Source: Xylographa opegraphella (Eukaryota). Taken from it: 23,935 nt of DNA. The stretch covers positions 248,001-271,935 of the forward strand of contig JALDZX010000030.1 in NCBI GenBank assembly GCA_022813865.1, read 5' to 3'. Of this stretch, positions 1 through 10,678 are shown in pieces. Position numbers and translations under genes: made by a program. Positions within the stretch are counted from its first letter, which is position 1; every line of letters starts with the position of its first letter. The notes under the pieces were generated by a model. That model saw only the letters and a program-made list of their open reading frames with translations, ran no database searches and was not told the origin of the DNA.

Positions 1-540
1 CTCTACCGGTGGGAAGGCAACGAGAACGCTCTTGCGCCTTTCGATGTCCCTTCAACGACCGGTCCTGGAAGTCCGAAGGCCAAGGGACTTGGAATACAGA
101 GCAAACCGGCTCTCATCGCTAATTTTGGTAGCGTGAAAGGAGTCCAAGTTGTTGGTGGTATGGTCTTCGATCCTCAACGAATGTGCTGGCTAAAGATGGC
201 ACCGAACGCCTCCAACCCTCGACACCACCGGAGTGAAAGCGGCGGAATGAGTCCTGCGACGGAAGATGATGAGGATGATGTCTTTGCAGGACTGGACGAT
301 CTGGAAGACGGACACAGTAAGAGCAGCATACTCGCGGGCCAAGAACGGAAGGAAGGAAACCTGGCGGATGACGAATGGCTTGTGGGAGAAGAGTTTGATG
401 TTGGTCCGGAATTCATCCGTAGGCAGCGAGCGGAGGAGGAAAAGTGGCGGAGAAAGGTCGATGGCTGGGTCGGGCAGGGCGCCGGCAGGGAGGACGGGGA
501 TGAGTGGAAATGGGCTATTCGGGGATTGGTGGGTTTGTGA
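1..540 (+). CDS. byr4: Byr4/Bfa1-family cytokinesis (SIN/MEN) regulator, C-terminal part (5'-truncated by the window edge)
   Basis: Frame 1 is open from base 1 to TGA at 538-540. It reads LYRWEGNENALAPFD...PALIANFGSVKGVQVVGGMVFDPQRMCWLK...DDVFAGLDDL...EEFDVGPEFIRRQRAEEEKWRRKV. The WEGNE and GM-FDP--M-W motifs match the repeated Byr4/Bfa1 C-terminal signature as I recall it. Confidence 0.85.
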   Translation, partial: LYRWEGNENALAPFDVPSTTGPGSPKAKGLGIQSKPALIANFGSVKGVQVVGGMVFDPQRMCWLKMAPNASNPRHHRSESGGMSPATEDDEDDVFAGLDDLEDGHSKSSILAGQERKEGNLADDEWLVGEEFDVGPEFIRRQRAEEEKWRRKVDGWVGQGAGREDGDEWKWAIRGLVGL

Positions 541-991
541 GGAAGGGAGGCTCGAGGCATCTTGCAAAATGTGTTGCTCCGAAACCTTAGAACTTCTTAA
601 CAGCTTAGTTACAAATCCATATTTGCCATGCGTCTTAGCGAAAACGTCGATGATTCCCATGAGGGCAACCGTCGGTTTCCTGACTCTCAAGACCATCAAG
701 TAGAGTAGACATGTTCGAGGCTATCAACCTATTCCGTCATCTGCTGCTCTACTCGGTGTTTCTGAGCGTTACGTACAACCAGATAGGTCCAGCGGAAGCA
801 ATCTTCGATGAATACGCCGTTCAACCAGGCACCAGTATGGGAAGTAATAAGGCAAGGAAGATTAGTGCACATAGGTGTCGGCTGCTCATGCCAAGTACCC
901 ATGGAAGCGGCCGTCAGAACATTATCCCAGGGATGTCACGTAACAGAGTAAGTAATGCTTCTTATTCTTCAACAGCGCCACACCCAGAAAC

Positions 992-999
992 TATATACA
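992..999 (-). promoter_or_regulatory. Puf3-type element UGUAUAUA in the 3' UTR of the complex I subunit mRNA
   Basis: Plus-strand tatataca reads TGTATATA on the minus strand, about 60 nt after the stop codon at 1061. It matches UGUAHAUA. A single 8-mer could occur by chance. Confidence 0.5.
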
Positions 1000-1060
1000 C
1001 ATTGAACACCGAGCGCAGAAGTACGCTAACAGAAACCCTGTCCCGATATCTATCTCATTG

Positions 1061-3619
1061 TCAAGCCCCGTAGGCCACTTGAGGCTGCGGCTCCCCGGGT
1101 GCCATGAAGTTTGTCTCGGGTCTGCCCTGCTCTTTTGCGGCGGAGCATCGTGCCATTGTGGGAGAACTATATCATCATAAGTCAGCGCAGCTCTTATTCT
1201 GCAGAATCATATATTCGAGGACAGGATGTGGATGGTCTTACCTTCGTGATATGACATCTGTAAAGAAAAAGTTTTTGATGGGATTCCTCAATGGCTCTCC
1301 AGAGGCCTTGCTTCCTTTGTTCTGGTCAACCAATTGGACCTTGCTCAATGCTCCCATCGAACTAGGCTCCACGATATCGTAACGTCTCAGGACAGGGCTG
1401 ATCTCTTCCATACGATCCCTGAGTGCTTCGATATCATCGTAAGGTAGCGGAGCGCCGAGATACTCGCTCACGGCCCTTATGATCTTCCAGTCGTCTCTGG
1501 CCGCTCCTGGCAGCGATGTAGCTGCTCTGGTCAATTGCACACGACCTTCTGTATTGACGTAAGTGACTGATTTCTCTGTGTAGGCAGCGCCGGGGAGGAT
1601 GACATCCGCGACCTGGGCGCCTCGATCCCCATGGTGACCTTGATAGACGACGAAAGAGTCTTTTGGAATATCGGAATCCGAAATTTCATCGGCACCGAGT
1701 AGCCATATCATTTTGGGTGTGGTAGATGCAACAGCAGGAGAAGGAGTTGTGAAGCCGACCTCATAAGCACCAGCACGTGACGCTGCACGTTGAAGAACGT
1801 TGTATCCTTGCCACTCGGGTGTGATGAAATTGGCCTTGTTTTTATCAACGAAGGAGCCAATAGTTTCGAAAATAGCTTTCGCGTCAGCGTGCTCGACTGC
1901 TCCGCTACCAACAATAATCATTGGCCGCTTAGCAGATTGAAGTTTCTTGCCGAAGGAGCCAGAGAGTGATTTCTTCAGCGCAGCGACATCCATACCCAGA
2001 TGTTCATACTCAAAAGTGCCCTCAAATGGCTCTCCTAATAGACCTATCTCGAGGTCCGAGCGGAGCCATTGTTTCCGTATCCGCGCATTCAGGTTGGCGG
2101 CTTCGTGGCGGGGATTAGTACCGACCAGCAGGATAGTGTCAGCTTCTTCGACACCGAAGATCTTAGAGTTCAGAAGATAGTTGGCACGAACATCAATACC
2201 ATGAGCTATAGGGTTGCTTCCGCCAGGTTGGTCAAGGGCCAGGTTGTCAGATCCAAGCTTGTTTGCGAGATCCTTCATTGCCACCAACGATTCTGTCTCA
2301 GTAAGATGACCTGCAATAACCTTAAACTCGTTCTCTTTAGGGGCGAGCTTCTCATAAGCAGACCCAACTTCACCGAGCGCTTGCGCCCAGGAAGCTGGCT
2401 CGAATTTGTTGTCTCGTCTTATCAGAGGAGTGGTTAATCTTTGAGTCTTGAGTCCATCGCAGGCGAAGCGGGTTTTATCGTTAATCCACTCTTCGTTTAT
2501 ATCATCGTTAAGTCTTGGTATAATTCTCATAACCTCAAGCCCTCGTGAATCGACTCTGATGTTGGAACCTAACCCGTCTAGTACATCAACCGACTCAGAG
2601 TGTGTAAGTTCCCAAGGTCTTGCTCGGAAAGCGTAAGGTTTTGAAGTCAGAGCGCCAACAGGACATAGGTCGATGACGTTGCCTGACATTTCAGAGTCGA
2701 GACTTGTCTCCAAGTACGTTCCAATCTGCATATCATTCCCTCTTCCTGTTGAGCCGAGTTCTGGTGCACCTGCGACATCGTTTGCGAACCGAATACACCT
2801 TGTACAATGTATGCACCGGTTCATCGAAGTTTTGATCAGCGGGCCAATGTTCTTGTCCTCCACAGCACGTTTGCCACCAATCTCATGAAACCGTCCTCTG
2901 TCCGCGCCGTACCGCATTGACTGATCTTGTAGATCGCACTCTCCCCCTTGATCACAAATGGGACAGTCGAGCGGATGGTTCGCAAGTAAGAACTCCATGA
3001 CGCCCTCCCGAGCCTTGTGTGCGAGGGGCGAGTCTGTCTTTACCACCATACCAGGTTGTACAGGCCATGCACATGATGCTACTGGCTTGGGCGCTCGCTC
3101 GACTTCAACCAGACACATCCGACCTAGTAATATGAGAATCCGTATTTGGTGTTGCTGTTATAGTAGTTATAGTAACTTACAGTTTCCCGCAATCATCAGC
3201 TTCCTAGATGGTGATATTTAGCAATGTCTATAAAGGAACTGGCGGAACTTGGCTTACTCGTGGTAGCAGTATCTACAATTATAGGGTCAGTAAGCAGAGA
3301 ATAGTTATCTTGACTGAAAGGACCTACCTGGGTATAGTGACGCCCGCCTTCTCGCAGGCTTGTATGAGTGCAGACCCCGCTGGAAGTGGTTAGCCATTGT
3401 GTTCTCCGCATCAAGCGCGGACTCCTACCCTCTATCGATACCTTCTTGCCATCTATCGTTTTGTTAGCTCGAGATCGTGGTATCTTCAGTAATAACTGTA
3501 CCTATCGTGAGCTCCACTTCCGCTTGCCTCGGGGGCGTTGAGACAAAACTCCTCGCCGCACGAGGATACACACGCCTGCCCGCTCTCGCAGCGGATCTAG
3601 CAAGCTGAGTCCGCAGCAT
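1061..3619 (-). CDS. nuo78: NADH:ubiquinone oxidoreductase 78/75-kDa subunit, mitochondrial (NDUFS1/NuoG homologue), ~739 aa
   Basis: Exons 3619-3502, 3452-3429, 3379-3328, 3272-3258, 3203-3181, 3123-1242 and 1166-1061. All junctions are GT-AG and the frame is conserved (2220 nt). The protein starts with an Arg-rich presequence MLRTQLARSAARAGRRVYPRAARSF. Fe-S motifs are IPRYCYHEKLMIAGNCRMC, HPLDCPICDQGGEC, CIHCTRC and CPVGAL. The C-terminus reads DVISRSSPTMARCS...YGA*. Confidence 0.97.
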
Positions 3620-3756
3620 ATTGGGCAGATGGCGCGAAGAAAAGGAAAATATCTGGATTGATAACGAAAGGAAAGTGAAGAACGACGAGTTGCTTGTATC
3701 GCCGCTTCAAAACAGTCCTGACGTTCACCAGCCTAACCCTGTCACTTTGAATTCCC

Positions 3757-3766
3757 CTGATTGGCT
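3757..3766 (-). promoter_or_regulatory. CCAAT box (AGCCAATCAG) upstream of nuo78
   Basis: The minus strand reads AGCCAATCAG, the extended NF-Y/Hap (CBC) consensus, about 140 bp upstream of the ATG of a respiratory Fe-S gene. Confidence 0.5.
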
Positions 3767-4999
3767 CGGCCACAAATGAGCGCTAGTGAACGGTTTTTCA
3801 AACTTGTGAGGCGGAAAATTTCCTTTTCTCCTCCATACTCATTATGAACATGATTTATTGTAGGAGAACTTGGCTATCGTGTTTCACGGTTATGCTTCAC
3901 TACCTTGTTCTCCTCTGCTACGTAGTTCAAGATCACGGTATCTACGACGGCGCTGTTTATGGGACGAGCTGAGGACTCTGATGATGTTCTGTTCTTACCG
4001 ATAGTTGCTACATTATTACGTGAAGTGTCAAAATCTGTATTTGGCAGATATTCATCAAGTTATCATAATCTTTACACTCATCAATGAAGTCTATCAAGTC
4101 AAGAGATGCCCCTGCAACTAGAATTGTGCCCTTTCCGCTTTATCTCGTGTCCTGCATTACCATGAACGTGCTAACAGGATAATGACCCAGATATCAATAT
4201 AATACTGAATACGATAACATTACTGAAAATCAGCTGCTTGGGGAGGCATTCTCCGGAAATGTATCTGCCGCACGATCCAATTTCTGTATGAGATCGTCCT
4301 TCTTTAGCATTTATAAATAATATCTATTCGGACGTTACATCCACCCTCGACCTATGGCATCCTCTTCTGCCTGCCGACCACACTATCGTACCTTTCACAG
4401 TTTTTACTAGTATTGTTTACTTACACAGACATACTACGCTAATCAGGCGTTACGTTTAAATGTGTCTCCAGCCATCCAAGCCATCGATAGGGTGGATACA
4501 TATGTTTACACCCATGAGTTCCTCAGCCCTCCCATTGCGGTGTTACAGAGTCTCTTCGATTGATGTTGCACAGGATAGTGAAGTGCGTGCGGTGGACTGA
4601 CAGTTGGTATTATACCTAGCATTGAATCGAACTTCCAATGGCGCTTGGCTGGCGGGCGGGAAGTGTGTGTTGCAAGAGATTTACAGAGGTGGCTGTACGC
4701 AGGCGTTGAAGGTAAAGAGACGTGGGAAGCTTGAGGGTTTACATCAAATGAGGCAGGGTCCTGTGTCCATCAATATCCCTGTCATGCCATCCTTGGCTAA
4801 AGGAGTCCTCTCATCCTGGCCGCCCAGATGGTCATATTAGGCATGAGATAGGTACACATTTCCATACTCTAGTGTACATTATACTAATTCCCGGATCGTG
4901 TTGAAATCATATTCCAGCCATGTGAGCCGATGAACTACCAGGTGCATTCCTTTCCAGTTACAAACCCTGAAGTCTTCTCACGTTTGTTGCACTATCATA

Positions 5000-6706
5000 T
5001 CATATCACAGCAATGGCATCCCTGCCTTTCCAGGTCTCCTCCTGGCGTGTGCCTGGCGGTAGCCAGGCATCCGCTCTGCTACCTGCCCGTGGTCTCCCGG
5101 GGCCCGCAGCGTCTATTCGCTTCTCGTCACCATTGACATAACCGTTCACGCCACCAAATATTTGTCCCGAGGTCATTGACAGCGGCGTCTCCATTATGCT
5201 TGCACCAGGATTGCCTTGCAGTGTAGATATTGACAACGGAAGAAGCGTTGCTTCAGATTTCATCTGATCAAGGCGTGCTCTGCGGTCAGCTTTTGCAGCA
5301 TCACTAGTACGGTCGTAAAGGTAAAGGCCGAGAAATGTCAAGGCTATGCCGCCAGCTTGGACACCTGTGGTACGATTGCCAAACCAGACGATAGCTGCGA
5401 CGATGACGAAGACACGCTTGATGAGCGAGGCAACCGAATAAGTGACCGGGGAGACCATAGATAGAAGGACGAAGGCGATGATGTTTTGTCCGAAGTGAAA
5501 GATTCCATTGAAGAGGAACTCGAGCGTGAGACGTCCATGATCGAGGGCGGAAGGTTTGTCAACCAGCTCAATGGAGCCATCGGCGTAGAAATCACGGAAC
5601 AAACCAAGACCTTCGGTCCACAGCCACAGAGGTAAAGTGAGCAGAAAGGCTAATCCAGAGCAGTAGCAAAGGAGGGTGAGCTTGTCGAGTTTGCGCTGCG
5701 GGTTAATGCTGTCGGCCTCAGCACGGGCAGCTTCGTTGAATAGCTTTTTAGAGAATATGTTTTGCGTGACAAAAATGAGAGCAGCGACAAAAGCGCAGAA
5801 GACCCCAGGGAGATTGCCTGAGAACTCGACCGAGCAGGCAAGAATGACACCGAGAGTTAACGGAATCAGGGAGAGGTAAGTAGCATTGGAGTAGTGGATA
5901 CGATAGATGAAACGGTAGGCCAGCACGGTAAAGAGCGGGGAGAGTCCTTTGATGGTATGGACGAGGGAGACCGGAATTTTCGAGGTGGCCGTGGATGAGA
6001 GGATATGGCCACCGATTTGGAAGAGGGCAAGTGGAAGGGTGGTGCGTACGACTTCGCGCGTTGGGTAGCGAATTCCATATCTTAAAGCTGTAACTGTGGT
6101 TTTCAGGGGAGGATATAGGTGTGCAACGTATGCGAAGAAAAGGCACCATAAGGAGACGAAGGCGAACTGGACAAGCGTGAGGGTTACAGGCTTGGGAAAG
6201 GCATTGAGAATAGACTTTGAGGATGTGTTTGTCAAAGCCGAACTCAGGTACCAGACCAGACATAGGGTCTAATTCAGCGGCTGTCAGTATTATATCATAT
6301 AGGACAACAGGGCTCATACAATCAATTTGAAAGACACGGGTGCCTTCAAAGCCTCCGCAATTTCGTGAGCGTTTGCGCTGACGCTGCCGTTCCTCGTCCG
6401 TATTGTCCTAATTGCCTCACTCAAACTCTTCTGACGACCATGCCGTGGCCCAGGAGGATGGGCACCTCCATTGCTCCGTACTAAATGGCTGTCTCTCCGC
6501 GCGTGCCATCTTTCACTGTGGAGAGCGCCATTCGGCTTTGCCGGGGCATTGGGGCTTGGTGTTCTCCGCCCCTGCCTTGCGGCATTATTTTCTTCCTCAT
6601 ATATCGTTAGATGTTCTCTAGGCCCCGGACATGGATCGAAGTCGGGGAATTTGAAGTTCTCTGATCGGTTGGAAGAAGAGGACCATCGCCGGTCTGCGTT
6701 GGTCAT
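5000..6706 (-). CDS. SLY41: Sly41-like triose-phosphate/nucleotide-sugar transporter (TPT/DMT family), ~551 aa
   Basis: Exons 6706-6320 and 6268-5000; intron 6319-6269 (gtatga...actgac...tag, phase 0). A disordered N-terminus (HGRQKSLSEAIRTIRTRNGSVSANAHEIAEALKAP) is followed by many hydrophobic segments. TPT motifs are WYLSSALTNTSSK, PVSLVHTIKGLSPLF, QNIFSKK and SPVTYSVASLIKRVFVI. Confidence 0.88.
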
Positions 6707-7266
6707 ATTCGAGTAGCCTTGCGGCGATGAAACTGATGTTCTCCGCAGAAGAGACAGAGGCTTTCAAAGGCATAGGCTCGGTCGGAAGGCATCACATCGA
6801 CTCGGTCATAACTAAAGTTAGCTATGCGGTGACCCGTAACCTGGAGTGGACGTTGCTTGATCGGTTGATCGCGGTATGCAAAAGCAAGGAAATGTGTAAC
6901 GATCGTCTCTTCCACATACAGAGCGGCGGATCTCGGACTCTGCTCCTTTCGCAGTTATCAGAATCGGCAATGAATTTCACCTACCATAAATCCCTAGAAG
7001 AATACGAGGTACTAGTATTTTCAGTTGCCGATCAAGCAATCTATTTCTGGGGAGCCAAGCCTTATTCCTTGACACATGATTGGTCGAGGATATGTGGGAC
7101 CAAAGTGTGGGCACGACTACAATCAATTCTATAAGCACGTTTCGCAATCCCCAAGTCCAGGCTTGAGCTTGAAAGCCGTTGACAAAGGTTCCGACAGCAA
7201 TGAACAGATTTCTCGGAGGCATATAACCAGACACCATACCGAAGTCGCGTCATTGACAGCGATGAC

Positions 7267-10122
7267 ATGGATCTCACAACTCAATGGCAAGTACTTGGGC
7301 CGTTTCAGATTGGCACAAGAGGTATGAACATGATCGTGCGGTTAACTCGAAAATCATCAAAGCGCTCATACACGACATAGAAGCTACCTGGGGTGCAGAT
7401 ACCTTGGCACGGCTTGGTGGATTTCCAAAGCTCTCGTACAACAAGGATTCCAGGTATTCGAGCTCTCTTAGCGCCAATGGCACTGTTGGCTGGACGCTTC
7501 ATGAAGCCGAAACGATTACCAAGCGTGAAGACTCTGTTGAGATTGCCATGACTTTCCAGTTTCCTCATATTGATTGGAAGTTTTTGCAGTCAATTTATGG
7601 ATGGTCAGCTTTACAATTCCAAGCCTGGGCTCGAGGAGACCTTTTGATAGAGGCGTCCATGCCTCAAGCTGTGGTCTTTCATACAGATAACGTGTTGGAG
7701 TTTTTTATTGATGGCGAGCCCTACTTTGGTGGAGATTTCTATGCTTATCGAAGAGCTCCTCTGGTGCTGCAATTGAAACCTGGTACTCATCGTATTGACG
7801 TCCGTCTGATAAGGGACGTACGCGCTATGGGTGGCATACTACCTCCAACACTCCGTGTAAACATCAAGGCAGAATTCTCAGCAGAGAAGCTAGCCGTTTT
7901 GAGTGATAAAATGATTCTGCCTGATTTGGTTGACGGTAAGCTAGCCAGTCATCAGGGATCAGTATCAGTTCGCAATGACAGCGACGATTGGATTGAGATC
8001 GTTGGGCTCGAATCTCCTGAAAATGTATTACAAAGCTTTCCATTCAGCAGTACACTAATGCTGACGTGACTTTAGCAGCTCACTTTACAACCCAATACGC
8101 ATCGAAGGTTAGCCCCTGGACAAGCTAGACCACTAAATGTTTATATTGGAAATGTGAAAACTGCAAACGAGTGCTTGCTCTTTCGTGTCAATTTCATTAT
8201 TGGAGAGTCTAGCCTTTTACAGAGTCATATTGTCTCTTTCGTCGTCACAAAGAGAAAGCTGCTTGAACCTCATAAGTACACCTTTCTTCATCCTAGTGGA
8301 ATTGTGTCCTATGCGATAATCCAACCACCCAGAGCTTTGGATCTGAAATCATCCCAAAAACTTCCGATTCTTCTTAATCTCCATGGCGCCGGACTTGAAG
8401 CCGATAGCGACCAAGTGCGCCATATGCTAGATTCAGCGACCAACATTAGAGCATGGACCCTTTTCCCTACAGGCGTAACCCCTTGGAGTGGAGACGACTG
8501 GCGTATATATTGGCTATCCACCGTTCTTTACCTCGTTGACAAGTCTCAGACACATGGGGCTTTGCAGATGTTAAAGCTGCAGTGGCTGCAGTGCCATTCT
8601 GGATTGAGGCAGTAGGGTGGACCGGTCCAGCTGCAGCTCTTGAGCAATGGTATGTTAGTGGACACTCAAATGGAGGTATGTATCACCATTTATGACAGCC
8701 TATTACCGACATAAGTATTATTAGGCCAAGGGACATGGTTCGTATTGTCTCATCAGCCGGATACGGTAATGGCTGCGGCCCCGGTATCAGGTTATTCTTC
8801 TATTCAGGGTGAGTGTGAATTACCCTTTCCGTGTACTTTGACTAAGCACAGCCATCAGCTTATGTTCCCTACCAGTTTTGGACGGAAATGGATCCCGGAA
8901 TGATGGCTGTGCTGCAGCTTTCGTTGGCAAATTATCGTCATGAGCTCTTCGTAGATAATTTTGTGGGAATTCCGATCCTACAACAACATGGGAGTAATGA
9001 TGATAATGTTCCCATATACCACTCTCGACGCTTGCGGCAACTCATACACGGCTCTGGATGGTCATCGAAATATGTTGAGCTGCTTGGAAAGGGTCACTGG
9101 TTTGAAGGAATAATGACAACGGAAGCAATGTGTGGATTTTATGATGATATCTCAACAAATGAAGGTTCCAAGCCGAGTTTACCCGATGAATTTTCTGTTG
9201 TTGTGCCAAGCTCAGGAGATATGGGCACTCGAGGGGGTATTCAGGTCGATCAATTGATCTCACCAGATCAGCTCGGCAGAGTTAACGTTGTCCAAAACAA
9301 GGATTTAGGAACATGGAGTTTGAGAACCTCAAATATTCGTCGTTTCCATCTTACTGAATGCAAATTTCGAGCTGAATCGATACACGCTATTGAGATTGAC
9401 GGAAGCCATCCAATACCACTAGCGTCCAAAAGAGATCCAGGGGAACAGTCATTTATCCAGTCTTCTGATAGCTTTTGGAGTGTAGGTGTCGTCTCTCGAT
9501 GTGTTTGGCTACCGATTAACGATGGTAGACAACGCAAGCAGAACACTGGAAGCATGTGTCACAGCGCTCCGGCCCACAGCTTGGAGCTCTAGATGCTATA
9601 TTGAGGACTAAGGGCCCGCTATTGATCCAGAGTCAAGGTAGCAACACCTTAAAGACTGCTCTGCAGATTGCTAGGAATCTTTATCAGTATTTTGGGGCTG
9701 ATTGCCCGATCACTGAGTCTGTTGACACCGATTATACCTTTCCGAGTAATGTTATTAGCATCTATCAAGGCGCTGATTCACTACCAGAAACTGCGCCAAC
9801 ATATCCTGTAGAGATTGATGCTACCAGAGGGATTTGTATTCGAAATGCCATGGGACGGCAAAAATGCTATCCGCTTACCGCTGGTATTGGGATCTTGTTC
9901 TTGCATCCTTTGCCAATGGAAAGACTGCAACTCGTCTTATGGGGATATGACGAAGCGGGATTGCGTTCCGCTTCGCGCCTCGTACCAATGCTTACCGGCG
10001 TGGGTCAAGCAGATTTTATAGTGACCAGTCCTAAATGTTCATGGAAAGGAGCAGCGGGAGTGATAGCAGCTGGATTTTTTGATGCTTCGTGGAATGTCTC
10101 TGCTGGGTCATACATGAGGTGA
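7267..10122 (+). CDS. Large uncharacterised alpha/beta-hydrolase (peptidase S9/esterase-like catalytic domain), ~850 aa; true start uncertain
   Basis: Exons 7267-7321, 7381-8024, 8076-8502, 8550-8675, 8725-8808, 8859-9481 and 9529-10122 join in frame (2553 nt). Motifs: WQVLGPFQIGTREATWGAD, LHGAG (oxyanion), nucleophile GHSNGG (split by an intron), HGSNDDNVP (Asp) and GKGHWF (His). An in-frame TGA at 7201 lies upstream of ATG 7267. Confidence 0.82.
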
Positions 10123-10678
10123 AGCCTGTTGGGCACAGTTTGGACGTGGATGTCGAGACGTGTTGCAATCTTGGGTTGTTGTGTTAATACCGGGTAACAC
10201 CGAACTCGGCAAGGCGGAACAGCATCAGAAATATAAATTTTCGTACCCGCATCTGCCATCATTTTCGTCCGCAACCTCCTTCCTAGCAGCACTCTCTTTG
10301 CCAGTGAAGTCCGCAAGACCATATAGAGCTTGAACTCACACGGGACGCACCTCTCATTTCTCGGTGTTAAGTTTTCATTGGAAAGGTCTTTCCCTTTGTT
10401 GACGTGTCAGCCGCAAGACGCAACTTCCGCGTTATCTAGGACCGCTTCCCACATTTATTTGATGATCTTTCGTAGACTTCTTTACACCTTCACACCACAT
10501 CGAGTACCTTTGCAATCATCTAGTCAATCGCTCTCTTGCACTAGCTGCTTAAGACTCCCACCGCTGTCACGCTCTGTGACATCTGCACCATAGTCAACAA
10601 AGCAGGCCGACTGCATTTGGACCTCATCTTCTTACATACTATCTCAAACATTGATTGAATCACTGCGAGCTTTTCATC

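Noticed and set aside
711..1382. Plus-strand ORFs 711-1073 and 1104-1382
   Set aside because: They are antisense to the nuo78 3' end and UTR and show no recognisable motif.
1238..3118. Bacterial nuoG or a prokaryotic nuo operon
   Set aside because: The ORF is one exon of a spliced gene with a mitochondrial presequence, and no other nuo genes are adjacent.
3157..3174. 9-bp tandem duplication (gttatagta x2) in a nuo78 intron
   Set aside because: Two copies in an AT-rich intron are best explained as ordinary slippage.
3745..3764. Bipartite CBC:HapX motif CSAAT-N12-RWT
   Set aside because: The triplet after N12 is AAG rather than RWT, so only the CCAAT box is kept.
4178..4227. C/D snoRNA-like pattern ATAATGA...CTGA...CTGA in intergenic DNA
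   Set aside because: Box C is imperfect, the span is too short, and I recognised no terminal stem or rRNA-complementary guide.
6727..7134. 135-aa ORF between SLY41 and the hydrolase
   Set aside because: It overlaps the presumed SLY41 leader and the divergent promoter, has no motif, and I found no convincing splice to the hydrolase.
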